Shown here: piece by piece, positions 52,574-62,548 of the stretch
Position numbering within the stretch: position 1 is the stretch's first letter
Layout of the letters: the number at the start of each line of letters is the position of its first letter
NCBI GenBank assembly: GCA_030141605.1
Contig: JAQGDQ010001064.1
Span: forward strand, 1,936 to 65,935
Direction of reading: 5' to 3'
Length of the DNA: 64,000 nucleotides
DNA from: Tubiluchus corallicola
Lineage: Eukaryota > Animalia > Priapulida
Program-made: the position numbers and the translations under genes
Notes under the pieces: generated by a model
What the model saw: only the letters and a program-made list of their open reading frames with translations
Databases searched by the model: none
What the model was told of the DNA's origin: nothing

Positions 52574-55205
52574 AAATGCATTCATGTGCGCGTACGTACA
52601 TGTGTGTGTCTGTGTGTGCGTGTGTGTGTGTGTGTGTGTGCATGTGTGTGCGTGTCTGTGCGTGTGTGTGTCTGCGTGTGTGCGTGCGTACATGTGTGTG
52701 CATCCTTGCCCCGAAATGGAGGGTTTTGCAGTGTTTAATTTTGAAAATAATGAGATTTAATAATACTAATTTTTAACTAACAAGTGAGCTTTCAAAACAT
52801 AGCCTGGTACCCAAGTCTAAAATTATACAAACTTACGTAGATCATCCAAGCGCGGTACCTCTGTCTTAAGTTATGCAATACAGAGGCGTCGTTCAGGTAT
52901 GTCAAGTTTGACATGTCTTCGCATTTCTCGTATTTTGGAGGGTTGACTTCCTGTACGTGTTCCGCTTTCAACGTCTTCTCCTGCAAACGTAAAAGAGGTG
53001 TCGATAGACGAATAGCTTTTAAGCCTAGCATTAAAATTCTTTTCATGGTTTAAAGGAAAAGGCAACCCTTCTAGAAAGTTAGGCTTGTTTCAATGTTCAT
53101 GAGAAATATTGAAAAACTTCTGTGTAATAAGCGTCTCGTATAATTAGAAATGGTTTCTAATTGGTGGCCATAATAGTTTTTAATTCGCTGTAATTACACT
53201 AGGTGTCACGCGTTGTGTTACATTTTTCATGGTACGTTTTCGTATTAGTTTGCAGCGTTTGTGTGTGGGGGGGGGGGGTTAGGGGGACGCACTCATGTCT
53301 GAATTCATTTGTCAATTAAAGGAAAAGTCAAGTCTATCTGGAAGTTGAGTTTATTCTAATATTTGAGAAAAATGTTAGAAAGTTTTAGCAATGAAATTGT
53401 GATAAGCGTCTCGTGAAATTAGTAAAATCACTTTAAACTCGCGATCACTTCATGCTTGGGCGCTTTTCAAATGAACCAATGACGTCATTTTTGGCTGACG
53501 AAAAACAGCGCACTGTCCATTGCCGTAAACAGTGCGTGGATTAAAGGGAAAGGCAACCCTTCTAGAAACTTATTCCAGTGTTCTCGGGAAATGTTTGAAG
53601 GATTTACTAACAAAAGTGTGATCACCACTTCCATTTTGAACGCCCATTTTTTACCAGTGACGTCATTTTTGGCTGAGAAAAACAACGCACTGTCCATTTT
53701 CGTCAACAGTACACGATAACTTTTAATAAAAAAAATCATTTAATTTTTGCATGTGATATTTTTACAGAACATTAAGTAAGCTGGGGAAGTTTGAATTAGT
53801 TTAAGCAACACGATGCACTTACGGAAGGTCACGAAGTCCACCAATTACGTCATAATTTTCAAATGAATGGCTGCTACCACCGCGCTTGTAAATTTCTATG
53901 CAGCCGTAGTGTAAATAAACGTTATTGACAGTTTTTAGCACTTTTTTGTTATATTTTTCTGAGCTAAACGATAACAGTAAAATAAACCCAACATGCTAAG
54001 CGACTTGACTTTTCCTTTAACGTACAAGAAAACCCTCAACTTACGTGAAGTTTAAAAAATTCGTCTTGAAATTTTTTCCCACTTTCATACCACCTTTTTG
54101 CAGGCAGGGCTTGCGTCGGTCGTAACGCTGTATAAACATGTAAATTTAAACTTACGCGATGACCGTTAGACGCAGCCATTTTAAATGTAGGTTTGAAACC
54201 AGTTAAGATAACATTGAGTAAAGTTTGAAAGAATACTCAGAGCATTCGTAGCGCACACGTCACAAACGAAGTCAAATTCTAACTTACCGTATCTTGTAAA
54301 TAAGATTAAAAATACGTTTTTGGTTAGTGAGTGGTGCACCCTGCAGGTGAGTCAGCGACATTTTACCAATTGGTGTAAACATTTTAAATAATTAATAATT
54401 TTCTTTTCTAGTTACATAAGTCTTTCAAGCAGGTAAGTGAAATGTTAAGTAACATAATTTTGCATTGAAAGTTTTTTGGGACATAATTTAACATTTCCTT
54501 TTCTTTCCCTGATTTACGTTGGGCGTGTATGACGTCACGTAATCACGTCAAAATGAAAACAAACAAAAATTCCTTTCAACACGAGTACGCTATATGCAAA
54601 AAATTGCTATAAAGTAATATAATTTTTAAGACTGTTTTTCTGAAACCTACTTCAGGTGCCCCTTTTCTTGTCCAAAAAGCTCTGAACACTAATATTTATT
54701 AACTGTGACGTCATGTGACGTATATGTAATTGTGCGTATATGACGTCATGTAAGGGCGCGGTTACTAACTGTAGGCTTCACAACTGTATTAACTGTGACG
54801 TCATGTAACTTATATGTAACTGTGCGTATATGACGTCATGTAAGGGCGCGGTTACTAACTGTAGGCTTTAATGTTTTTTTTTATTTCTAAGTTCAAGTGA
54901 CAGCAGTAAAATAAACTTCATTATTTAGGCTTCTTATCTAAGGATTTTACCTCCGAGAAAATTTCTCAAGTGCAAAAACTCACCTCCCCTTTTGCCACAA
55001 CCGTGACCATGTCTCCCTTCCTCTCTTTAATCTCTCCAATAGCGTATCCCTCCTTCTTGTCGGGAACCCAGCACATAGACTTGCCATCATAGGGGATGGT
55101 AGAGGCCTCAATTTTCATCTGCTCCGTGGGCTTCAGGAACTGCCACGGGTCCTGTTGGAGCAATTCTTTCGCCCCGTAGGGCAGGGGAAGCGCCTGAGAC
55201 AACAT
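27386..55205 (-). CDS. Mhc: striated-muscle-type myosin II heavy chain, 18 coding exons, 1955 aa
   Basis: SH3-like N-terminus, GESGAGKT P-loop, NDNSSRFG, DIAGFE, IQ region, WPWWKLY/KVKPLL, full coiled-coil rod; exon lengths sum to 5868 nt with consistent phases. Confidence 0.96.
28027..28817. repeat. AC/AT-derived compound satellite (~116-bp higher-order unit)
   Basis: recurring acgaatatgtgcatgcacacatacacatgtacatg. Confidence 0.9.
28879..30508 (-). CDS. Mhc: myosin exon 17 (LMM rod, 1630 nt)
   Basis: tttcAG|G AGA AAA ATG ... ATC ACT|GTAAGT. Confidence 0.95.
30520..30620. repeat. ~24-bp minisatellite, ~4 copies, next to exon 17 acceptor
   Basis: cattgttcattgttacactgctgg. Confidence 0.75.
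31975..32200. repeat. (GTTAC/GTTAT/GTTGT)n pentamer repeat
   Basis: direct inspection. Confidence 0.85.
32332..32777 (-). CDS. Mhc: myosin exon 16 (446 nt)
   Basis: ttacAG|SQSEKVAK...EVDEV AA|GTAAGT. Confidence 0.93.
33729..34122. repeat. 82-bp minisatellite, ~5 copies, abutting exon 15 donor
   Basis: units at 33729, 33811, 33893, 33975, 34057. Confidence 0.9.
34124..34202 (-). CDS. Mhc: myosin exon 15 (79 nt)
   Basis: tttAG|[27 protein letters not shown]|GTCAGT. Confidence 0.92.
34301..34683. repeat. 32-bp minisatellite, ~12 copies, beside exon 14 donor
   Basis: tcttttcctttaaactgcaacataattaattg. Confidence 0.95.
34696..35330 (-). CDS. Mhc: myosin exon 14 (635 nt)
   Basis: tttAG|[13 protein letters not shown]...QKHKA AA|GTAAGA. 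Confidence 0.94.
35341..35823. repeat. (AATC/AGTC/AACC)n tetramer microsatellite
   Basis: direct inspection. Confidence 0.95.
35845..36740. mobile_element. interspersed DNA-transposon family E (Kolobok-like) with internal ~75-bp x5 array (36277-36650)
   Basis: homologous to 54030-54675 and (reverse) 60107-60760, 63775-63985; only this copy has the array. Confidence 0.75.
36734..36875. repeat. 32-bp minisatellite, ~4.5 copies, beside exon 13 donor
   Basis: atgaagccatttacgtaaaattgtacaactaa. Confidence 0.9.
36893..37739 (-). CDS. Mhc: myosin exon 13 (converter, IQ, S2; 847 nt)
   Basis: tacAG|G YQILAPNA...EENQS|GTGAGT. Confidence 0.95.
37972..38260. repeat. duplicated interspersed repeat segment (also at ~63088-63175)
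   Basis: ttataacac..cacag.cagttgctgag...tgccacataa.gaacagg.gcaagg. Confidence 0.7.
38715..39813 (-). repeat. 61-bp minisatellite, 18 copies, built from the myosin exon 12 3' end and splice donor
   Basis: aaactgacc at 38731, 38792 ... 39768; the last copy is the real exon/donor. Confidence 0.97.
39776..39981 (-). CDS. Mhc: myosin exon 12 (206 nt, SH1/SH2 region)
   Basis: tacAG|EQLSRLM...[15 protein letters not shown]|GTCAGT. Confidence 0.95.
40090..40780. repeat. (ACTATG)n, (ATT/ATC/GTC)n microsatellites followed by a 64-bp x~4.5 minisatellite
   Basis: direct inspection. Confidence 0.9.
40970..41490. repeat. (CT)n-rich tract
   Basis: direct inspection. Confidence 0.95.
41535..41918 (-). 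CDS. Mhc: myosin exon 11 (384 nt, includes loop 2)
   Basis: tatAG|[11 protein letters not shown]...FQTVSAVYR|GTTTGT. Confidence 0.95.
42245..42535. repeat. ~290-bp imperfect palindrome (inverted family-D fragments)
   Basis: tttaccttacagattacata / tatgtaatctgtaaggtaaa plus longer outer arms. Confidence 0.85.
42626..43204 (-). CDS. Mhc: myosin exon 10 (579 nt, switch II/relay)
   Basis: ttcAG|VAFKILGF...DIAGFE...CIDMIEK|GTTATT. Confidence 0.95.
43340..43935. repeat. (GA)n then (AT)n tracts
   Basis: direct inspection. Confidence 0.95.
44183..44286 (-). CDS. Mhc: myosin exon 9 (104 nt)
   Basis: tccAG|[19 protein letters not shown]...EEMQATN|GTAAGT. Confidence 0.93.
44598..44940. repeat. compound minisatellite (~3 units)
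   Basis: recurring ctctcagtgcagtgcagtcgtgcta. Confidence 0.8.
45140..45752. mobile_element. two Tc1/pogo-type MITE family C copies
   Basis: TA|cagtaagtcctc start; cgttaagcgaggact ends at ~45412 and ~45752. Confidence 0.8.
46269..46367 (-). CDS. Mhc: myosin exon 8 (99 nt)
   Basis: ttcAG|AT LLEKSRV...RSYHIFYQ...LK G|GTGAAT. Confidence 0.95.
46590..46980. repeat. (GAGT)n microsatellite
   Basis: direct inspection. Confidence 0.9.
47299..47775. mobile_element. family D DNA-transposon copy
   Basis: reverse complement of 22375-22830. Confidence 0.75.
47952..48015 (-). CDS. Mhc: myosin exon 7 (64 nt)
   Basis: ttAG|[22 protein letters not shown]|GTAAGT. Confidence 0.95.
48129..48590. repeat. (CAT/CGT)n microsatellite
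   Basis: direct inspection. Confidence 0.95.
48614..48706 (-). CDS. Mhc: myosin exon 6 (93 nt, switch I)
   Basis: tacAG|[31 protein letters not shown]|GTAAGT. Confidence 0.96.
49227..49326 (-). CDS. Mhc: myosin exon 5 (100 nt, P-loop and loop 1)
   Basis: cacAG|[20 protein letters not shown]...ENK|GTTATA. Confidence 0.93.
49521..49978. mobile_element. piggyBac-type MITE family B
   Basis: TTAA|ccctttca...tgaaaggg|TTAA; near-identical to 21576-22032. Confidence 0.92.
50119..50146 (-). CDS. Mhc: myosin exon 4 (28-nt microexon)
   Basis: tttAG|[12 protein letters not shown]|GTAAGT. Confidence 0.93.
50205..50812. repeat. (TAG/CAG)n and (GA)n microsatellites filling intron 3
   Basis: direct inspection. 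Confidence 0.95.
50824..50980 (-). CDS. Mhc: myosin exon 3 (157 nt)
   Basis: ccAG|[17 protein letters not shown]...EMIA A|GTAAGC. Confidence 0.95.
51202..51942. repeat. 74-bp minisatellite, ~10 copies
   Basis: aacatttacag at 51202, 51276, 51350... Confidence 0.95.
52517..52700. repeat. (GT)n compound microsatellite
   Basis: direct inspection. Confidence 0.95.
52837..52980 (-). CDS. Mhc: myosin exon 2 (144 nt)
   Basis: tgcAG|EKTLK...[11 protein letters not shown]...MIY|GTAAGT. Confidence 0.95.
53316..54020. mobile_element. Kolobok-like MITE
   Basis: TTAA|AGGAAAAGTCAAGTC ... GACTTGACTTTTCCT|TTAA (15-bp perfect TIR). Confidence 0.85.
54030..54675. mobile_element. family E DNA-transposon copy
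   Basis: colinear with 35845-36740. Confidence 0.75.
54984..55205 (-). CDS. Mhc: myosin exon 1 (coding part; exon begins at acceptor 55246)
   Basis: aagATG; DPWQFL...[14 protein letters not shown]; GAG|GTGAGT; acceptor caacttacAG at 55248-47. Confidence 0.93.
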
Positions 55206-55309
55206 CTTGCTTTCTCAGTCGAACAAACAGAATCAGCCAAAACTACCTGTAAGTTGAAAAAATCATTTTTTTTATTTATTTTTTAATATTTTATTTCAAA
55301 CTTTACAAA

Positions 55310-55934
55310 GTTCGTATGCTGGAGTGGCTTCTCCAGGGCGCACGCCTGGGCAAGGTGTATGGAGATCCTGAGTTGCCCAGACAACAGTAACCCTCTCTCT
55401 TCCCCCCTGGTGTTGTTGGCATCCTTCTGTCTCGGAAGACAATGGAATGTGCGCCAAGAGAGTCAGTTATTGATCACATTGATGGAGCTGCTGCGTCGAC
55501 TGTGGCTGAGCAATCCGATCCTTGAACGTCTCCAGGGCACACTGCACGCCTGGGTAAGTATGGAGATCCTGAGTTGCCCAGACAACAGGAACCCCTCTCC
55601 TCCTCCCTGGTGTAGTCCAAAGGAAAGCGGAGCGATACGTTTGGCACCAGGTTGGCTGCAGGAGCTGCCGGAGTCAGTGAGCATGCTGCACTGGTCCGCC
55701 TTCAGGGCTCCACTCCTGATTTGGAAGGTTTACTCCTCTACACATGGCCGTCGGGTCACTTGACCTCCTCCGCCCTCTACCCGCTGCTTACGCAGCTCCT
55801 CCACCTAGTGTCGAGATACAGTGTGAGCATCCCGCAAGTCTACAGCTATTCCTAGGCGGTTACCCATCCAAGTACTAACCAGGTTCTACGTTGCTTAACT
55901 TCAGTGATCACACGAGAACTGGTGTTTTCAAAGT
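55310..55934 (-). mobile_element. 5S-headed SINE with ~520-bp GC-rich body
   Basis: 5S-derived 55836-55934; same post-5S junction as the 22233 copy; internal direct repeat ~55330-55415 / ~55530-55612. Confidence 0.8.
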
Positions 55935-55945
55935 TCATAAACACA

Positions 55946-56512
55946 TCACAAATTAATACAAATAATACAATCAATCATGACACACAACAATAACACAAAT
56001 AACAATTTACGATATAACAAACTACGCCAATGACATCTAATTACAGAAGTAAAGTTTACATCACTGTTTAAAATGTTCTTGCATATAAAATTTTCACTCT
56101 TATTCAGCCTGACGTGTAAACTGTATGCACATTTTCTGTGAATCACATCAAAATAAATAATATTAAGTCTAGTAGAAATATATCTTGCGCTCGTATCATA
56201 TGAAAAGTTAAACAGCTTCCGTGTTGATACATTATATGCAACCTTGAGTTTGCTAAGATTGTAAGAATAAAAATGTCTCCAAGTGGACATACAATAAAAA
56301 GTAGTGCAGTAAGCATTAAACAATTGTCTCTTCACGTTAACTGAACAGTGAGTAAATTTCATGAGTAATTTATTTGCTCTACCATAGTAAATTGAACATT
56401 GTCGTAATATATCTAAATCATCTCTATTGTCATCTGATAAAATATGACCCAGATATTTTTCCTTTTTACTAGGTAAGTACAAAACTTTTACACTGCAAAA
56501 CAACAGACCCAA
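55946..56512 (-). mobile_element. LINE ORF2 fragment (region C-terminal to RT)
   Basis: EKYLGHIL...D.DI.RQ...YGRAN.L...F..CS..VK..LF.AYC..FY pattern. Confidence 0.8.
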
Positions 56513-56534
56513 AATGTTTGGGCTTTTAAAAACG

Positions 56535-56840
56535 GTTGGAAGTTGCGCAACAAGTTGCCAAGCCGTTCACAGGTTGAACTTTACTTTCAGAGAGAAGTTG
56601 TGCAACAAGTTGCCAAGCCGTTCACAGGTTGCAACTTTACTCTCAGAGAGAAGTTGCGCAACATGTTGCCAAATCGTTCACACGTTGCAACTTTACTCTC
56701 AGATAGAAGTTGCGCAACAAGTTGCCAAGCCGTTCACAGGTTGCAACTTCACTCTCAGAGAGAAGTGGCACAACAACTTGCCATTCACATGTGCAATTTG
56801 ATTCTCAAACATAAGTTGCACAACATGTTGCGAGAGAAGT
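56535..56840. repeat. 56-bp minisatellite, ~5 copies
   Basis: gaagttgcgcaacaagttgccaagccgttcacaggttgcaactttactctcagaga. Confidence 0.9.
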
Positions 56841-56929
56841 TTCTACGTTTGAACGCTTCTATAGAACAATATCTACAACGTTTAGCGTCCAACGCTTTAC
56901 AGAAGGTAAAAACCTCGGTGCAATCAATT

Positions 56930-57376
56930 CAAGTTGCGTTTACCTAACATCCGAAATGCGTTATTCGTTTTCAACCTGCGAAATAGTTGCGCATAAAAAT
57001 CAACAGGAAACAGCTGCGGACGAAATAACGCATAAAGTGGCGTTTACGTAGCCTCCGAAATGCGTACGCGTTACGGAGGCGCGTAATAGACAAAATCGGT
57101 TTATATTGTTTTCAATGCGTCCGTTTGTCCGACCTGCGTTATGCGTTATTCTTTCCTGCAGCCATTTCCTATTGACTTTTATTACGCAAATGGATAACGC
57201 ATAACGCATAAACGCAACTTTATGCGTCGCCCACTTGCGGAACAATGGAAAATAGCTGCGAAAAAAATAACGCACAACGCAGTTCTGATAAACGGGTGCG
57301 TTGAAAAGAACGTAAGCCGATTTTATCTATTCCGCATAATGCGTACGCCTTCCGGATGCCAGGTGAACGTGGCTTT
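56930..57376. mobile_element. degenerate MITE-like inverted-repeat element
   Basis: cgtttacctaacatccgaaa vs ttccggatgccaggtgaacg. Confidence 0.45.
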
Positions 57377-57463
57377 AGATTAAGTAGCAATAATAATGAA
57401 GTCTTTCAGCTAACATACATTCGTTCTACTAGCAAACTTCCAAAATTACATTTGTAAAAAGAA

Positions 57464-58340
57464 CTATTGTTTCCGATGCACGTAATTATAATTACTAACA
57501 ATATCATAACAATAGTAATAACAATAGTCCAAAGCTACATTTAATAACTTTGGATATAGTAAAAACAATATCCAAAGTTATATTTATATATAAAATAGCT
57601 ATTGTTTCCGGTGCACGTAATTATAATTAGTAACAATATTATAACAATACTAATAACAATAGTCCAAAGTTACATTTAATAACTTTGGATATAGTAAAAA
57701 CAATATCCAAAGTTACATTTATATATAAAATAGCTATTGTTTCCGGTGCACGTAATTATAATTAGTAACAATATTATAACAATACTAATAACAATAGTCC
57801 AAAGTTACATTTAATAACTTTGGATATAGTAAAAACAATATCCAAAGTTACATTTATATATAAAATAGCTATTGTTTCCGGTGCACGTAATTATAATTAG
57901 TAACAATATTATAACAATACTAATAACAATAGTCCAAAGTTACATTTAATAACTTTGGATATAGTAAAAACAATATCCAAAGTTACATTTATATATAAAA
58001 TAGCTATTGTTTCCGGTGCACGTAATTATAATTAGTAACAATATTATAACAATACTAATAACAATAGTCCAAAGCTACATTTAATAACTTTGGATATAGT
58101 AAAAACAATATCCAAAGTTACATTTATATATAAAAATAGCTATTGTTTCCGGTGCACGTAATTATAATTAGTAACAATATTATAACAATAGTAATAACAA
58201 TAGTCCAAAGCTACATTTAATAACTTTGGATATAGTAAAAACAATATCCAAAGTTAGATTTATATATAAAAATAGCTATTGTTTCCGATGCACGTAATTA
58301 TAAATAGTAACAATAGTATAACAATAGTAATAACAATAGT
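57464..58340. repeat. 135-bp minisatellite, ~6.5 copies, internally palindromic
   Basis: ctattgtttccg at 57464, 57599, 57734... Confidence 0.95.
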
Positions 58341-58395
58341 AACACTGTTATGACAAAAGAGACGGTTAACAAATGAAAAGAGACGCAATACTTAC

Positions 58396-58580
58396 TCTTC
58401 CCGTAGCTTGCACTGATCTGAAAATTTGCCCTCTTTTCAGTCAGGGTATATACGAACCCTGTAGTAATCAGATCTCTCTATTTTAACCAATTTGGCATCG
58501 CCTTTGTTCTAAGCATTTCATTCATTGGACGCTGATTGTAGGAGTATGGCTTCACAGTGGACACGACCAATCAGCGAGCT
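58396..58580 (-). promoter_or_regulatory. candidate myosin core promoter plus short non-coding first exon (~58420-58396)
   Basis: minus strand: TATATA at ~58452-47, TCAGT Inr-like ~30 nt downstream, GTAAGT donor at 58395; CCAAT motifs at ~58524 and ~58567; imperfect MEF2/CArG-like sites at ~58478-58496. Confidence 0.5.
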
Positions 58581-58915
58581 CGTAACAACTCCACACTGGC
58601 TTCGCTGGAGCTGTTTTTGGACAACAGACTTGAGGGCCGCACAGGTCTGGGCTTCTATGAATAGCCGGTCCGTGTGTTTGTACGAATTTCAATAGCGTTT
58701 GTTTTAGCCCTGCTAGGCGACTGCTATTCTCAGCAGGTTGGAAGCCAGGCGTAACAAAGATTAGGTGACCTATATTTGTAAGAAGCCAGAACTCAGAGCA
58801 TTGAATTCCTCCACGTTGCTTACTTTGTCCTTTAACTGTATCCATGGTTACAATAGCAGTTAAAATAATGAAATTCTTTAACAATTAAAACATGTGATGT
58901 AAAGTCGGCTCAACT

Positions 58916-58916
<1 letters not shown>

Positions 58917-58977
<61 letters not shown>

Positions 58978-58981
58978 GTTA

Positions 58982-59042
<61 letters not shown>

Positions 59043-59389
59043 CATTATTATTATTATTATTACCATCATTATCGTTATCGTTATCGTGATTGTGATCGTG
59101 ATCGTGATCGTCATCGTCATCGTTATCGTCTTGGGCATCGTCATCATCGTCATCATCATTATCATCATCATCATCATCATCATTATTATCATTATTATTA
59201 TTATTATAATTACCATCATTATCGTTATCATTATCATTGTCATTGTCATTGTCATTGTCATTGTCATTGTCATTGTCATTGTCATTGTCATTGTCATTGT
59301 CATTGTCATTGACATTGTCATTGTCATTGTCATTGTCATTGTCATTATCATTATCATTATCATTGTCATTGTCATTGTCATTGTCATTG

Positions 59390-59422
<33 letters not shown>

Positions 59423-59455
59423 ATATTACTACTACTATTTTTATTACTATTATTA
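58917..59455. repeat. (ATT)n/(ATC)n/(CATTGT)n microsatellites
   Basis: direct inspection. Confidence 0.95.
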
Positions 59456-60106
59456 AAGTTGTTCTTCCACATTAATTATTAACGTAGAAGAACAAATTTG
59501 GTTTTGTTATGACTGCCAGGCTGATACGTTACATAATAAAGAACCTCTTCAAACGACGGTACTTCAGAACTTCTACTTAAGTCTACTAAACGACTCTTAG
59601 TAATCGACTTTACGTTTAGACAATCAACAATGCATTAACAAACAACTTAACGTGTACATTTTCATTGTTTCTTGCATTAATTCCACTGGTATTAACGAAA
59701 ATGAATTGCTGTCTTTTGTTCATCTATCACACGATCTTTAAGTTTACAATTTAGTATTTGTCTTGTTTGCTTCTCACAATGTTGGTTTTTGTATTTTTAC
59801 AATGTGTTTTCACACTGGATTGTTGTGTGAACATGACCTAACTGGTCGAAACGTTACAGATGTTGCTGTCTGTATAAAAGCCGTGTCTTTGCGTCAGTGG
59901 TGCTGATTGTTATTTTTACATTAAGGAATCAAACTTTAAGAGATTAAAGAGAAGAAAAAATGAAAATGAGCCAAGCCAGGATTCGAACCAGAAACATTAG
60001 GATTGCTTTCGATCCAAATTTTGTTTCAATTGTTAATAATGTGAGTTCTTTTCATTATTATCCAATAATCTTAAAGCTAAAAATGTTACCTTTATTTTGT
60101 TTTGTT

Positions 60107-60760
60107 TTAAAGGACAAGAAAAGGGGTACCTGAAGTAGGTTTCAGAGAAACAGCCTTAAAAAATTATATAACTTTACAGCAATTTTATGCATATATCTTA
60201 CTCGCACTGAAAGGAATTTTTGTTTGTTTTCATTTTAAATCTCCTGCAACACTGTTCCGACCGCGCCATTACATGACGTCATAAACGCACAACGTAAATC
60301 AGGGGAAGAAAAGAAAATGTTCAACTATATCTCAATAAATTTTCAATGCAAATCTGTGTTGCTTAGCATTACGCTTACCTGTTGGAAAGACTTATGTAAT
60401 TGAAAAAGAAAATTCTTCATCGCAATCCTAGTGTGCACCACTGGTTCACACATTATTGATCTTATTGACAATATAAAATAACTTAAACTTTTGCTTACTT
60501 AGTGACGTGTGCACCACGAATGCTCTGATTATTTTTTCAAACTTTACTCAATATTTTATAAACCTGTTTCAAATGACTTGTCGTCAAAATGGCTGCGTCT
60601 AACGGTCATCGCGGGAGTTTAGATCTTCAAATTTTGTACAACGTTACCGTTAACGCAAGCTCTGTACGCAATAAGACAGCATGTAAGCGATACGATATTT
60701 CAAGGCGAATTTTTCAATTTATGAAAAGTGTTTTCTTGTTCAACTGGTCAACGCCTTAAC
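60107..60760. mobile_element. family E DNA-transposon copy (Kolobok-like TTAA-AGGACAAGAAAA end)
   Basis: reverse complement of 54030-54675. Confidence 0.75.
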
Positions 60761-61979
60761 AGCAGATTCGTCCAGTGGTCAATTTCACGGAGATAAAGCT
60801 TTTTATACAGTTCAAACTTGAATTCATGACTCACTGACATGGCTTGCTTAAAATGGATGACTGCGGCGGGACTCGAACCTAGGCACTATGAACGATAATC
60901 TATGATGAGACAGACACTGCTTAGAATACCCTGGAATGTATTCCATATGTACATTTGAAAGATAAACAATCAGCATCAGTCCAATGAAAACACCTAGAGC
61001 GAGCATTGAACCCGAGAGCTTCGGGTTCCCACCACCTATCAGGGCCATGGCAGCTTCTTCCTGACACATAGCCGACTGGGCATGGGCTTAAGAACAAAAA
61101 TTAGGCAACGCTAAGCTCGATTAGTGAACGAATTGCGTCCATACGGCTCAAATCCGTAATGGGAAGTTTCAGGCGCCATGCTGATTCTGGTTGTTCACCT
61201 AGTTAAGGGAGAACGCCCTTCAAACTCGAAAGCGGCTATGCTACCTCTGCTGGTTCATTGTCTCATTGTAGAACATTCTGTTTGACAAAATGTTAAAGTT
61301 CTGCTACAACCGTCCACGTTAAAGCAAAACCGGATCCAATCTTAAACTGCAGTTCAAAACAATCTACTCTTTAAAATATTGAAAGGAAACATAATATTTT
61401 TCAAAAATGATTTTTACGTGAAAGAATTATTACCACACAAACACAATTTCTACTCTGTTACATTCAATTCGCCATTCACTAGTTAGATGGGCACTAGAGC
61501 GTACATTTGGAAAATGCATTGCACAAAAAATAGGTGGTGTACCTCTCAGTTCGGATGTGATCGAGAAAAAAACAGAAATTTTCAGAAAATTTCGGATTTT
61601 CCGACAGCAATTCCGTGCGTCATTTTTCCTTGCCGCCTCAGTGTGAAATGGGCCTAAGGAAGGAACATTCCCGCTTTAAATTCCTTGCCCAAATATCCAC
61701 TTCCGTCTTACTCTACTTTTCCGGAAAAAATACTAAAACCAGAAACCTCGCATAAAGCAAAACACTGATCGCGATCTTGCAGGCGTATAGATTACAGATA
61801 AAAAGCGCGGAGTAAAGAGGGAGGGTCACGGGGCACAAGAGGCTAAATTTTGCGGATAAGCAGCGAGGCAGATCGAAGACCAAAGTGCTAAGAATCTTAA
61901 AAACGTCTTGGAAATAGAAAAACATCTACGAACTTTCTTAAAATGAGACAAAAGCTGGTTGTTTCAGTAATTTCACAGT

Positions 61980-62548
<569 letters not shown>

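Noticed and set aside
27386-55205. mutually exclusive duplicated exons or a catchin/myosin-rod-protein alternative first exon
   Set aside because: No second copy of any full exon and no convincing internal ATG exon seen by eye; cannot be fully excluded without transcripts
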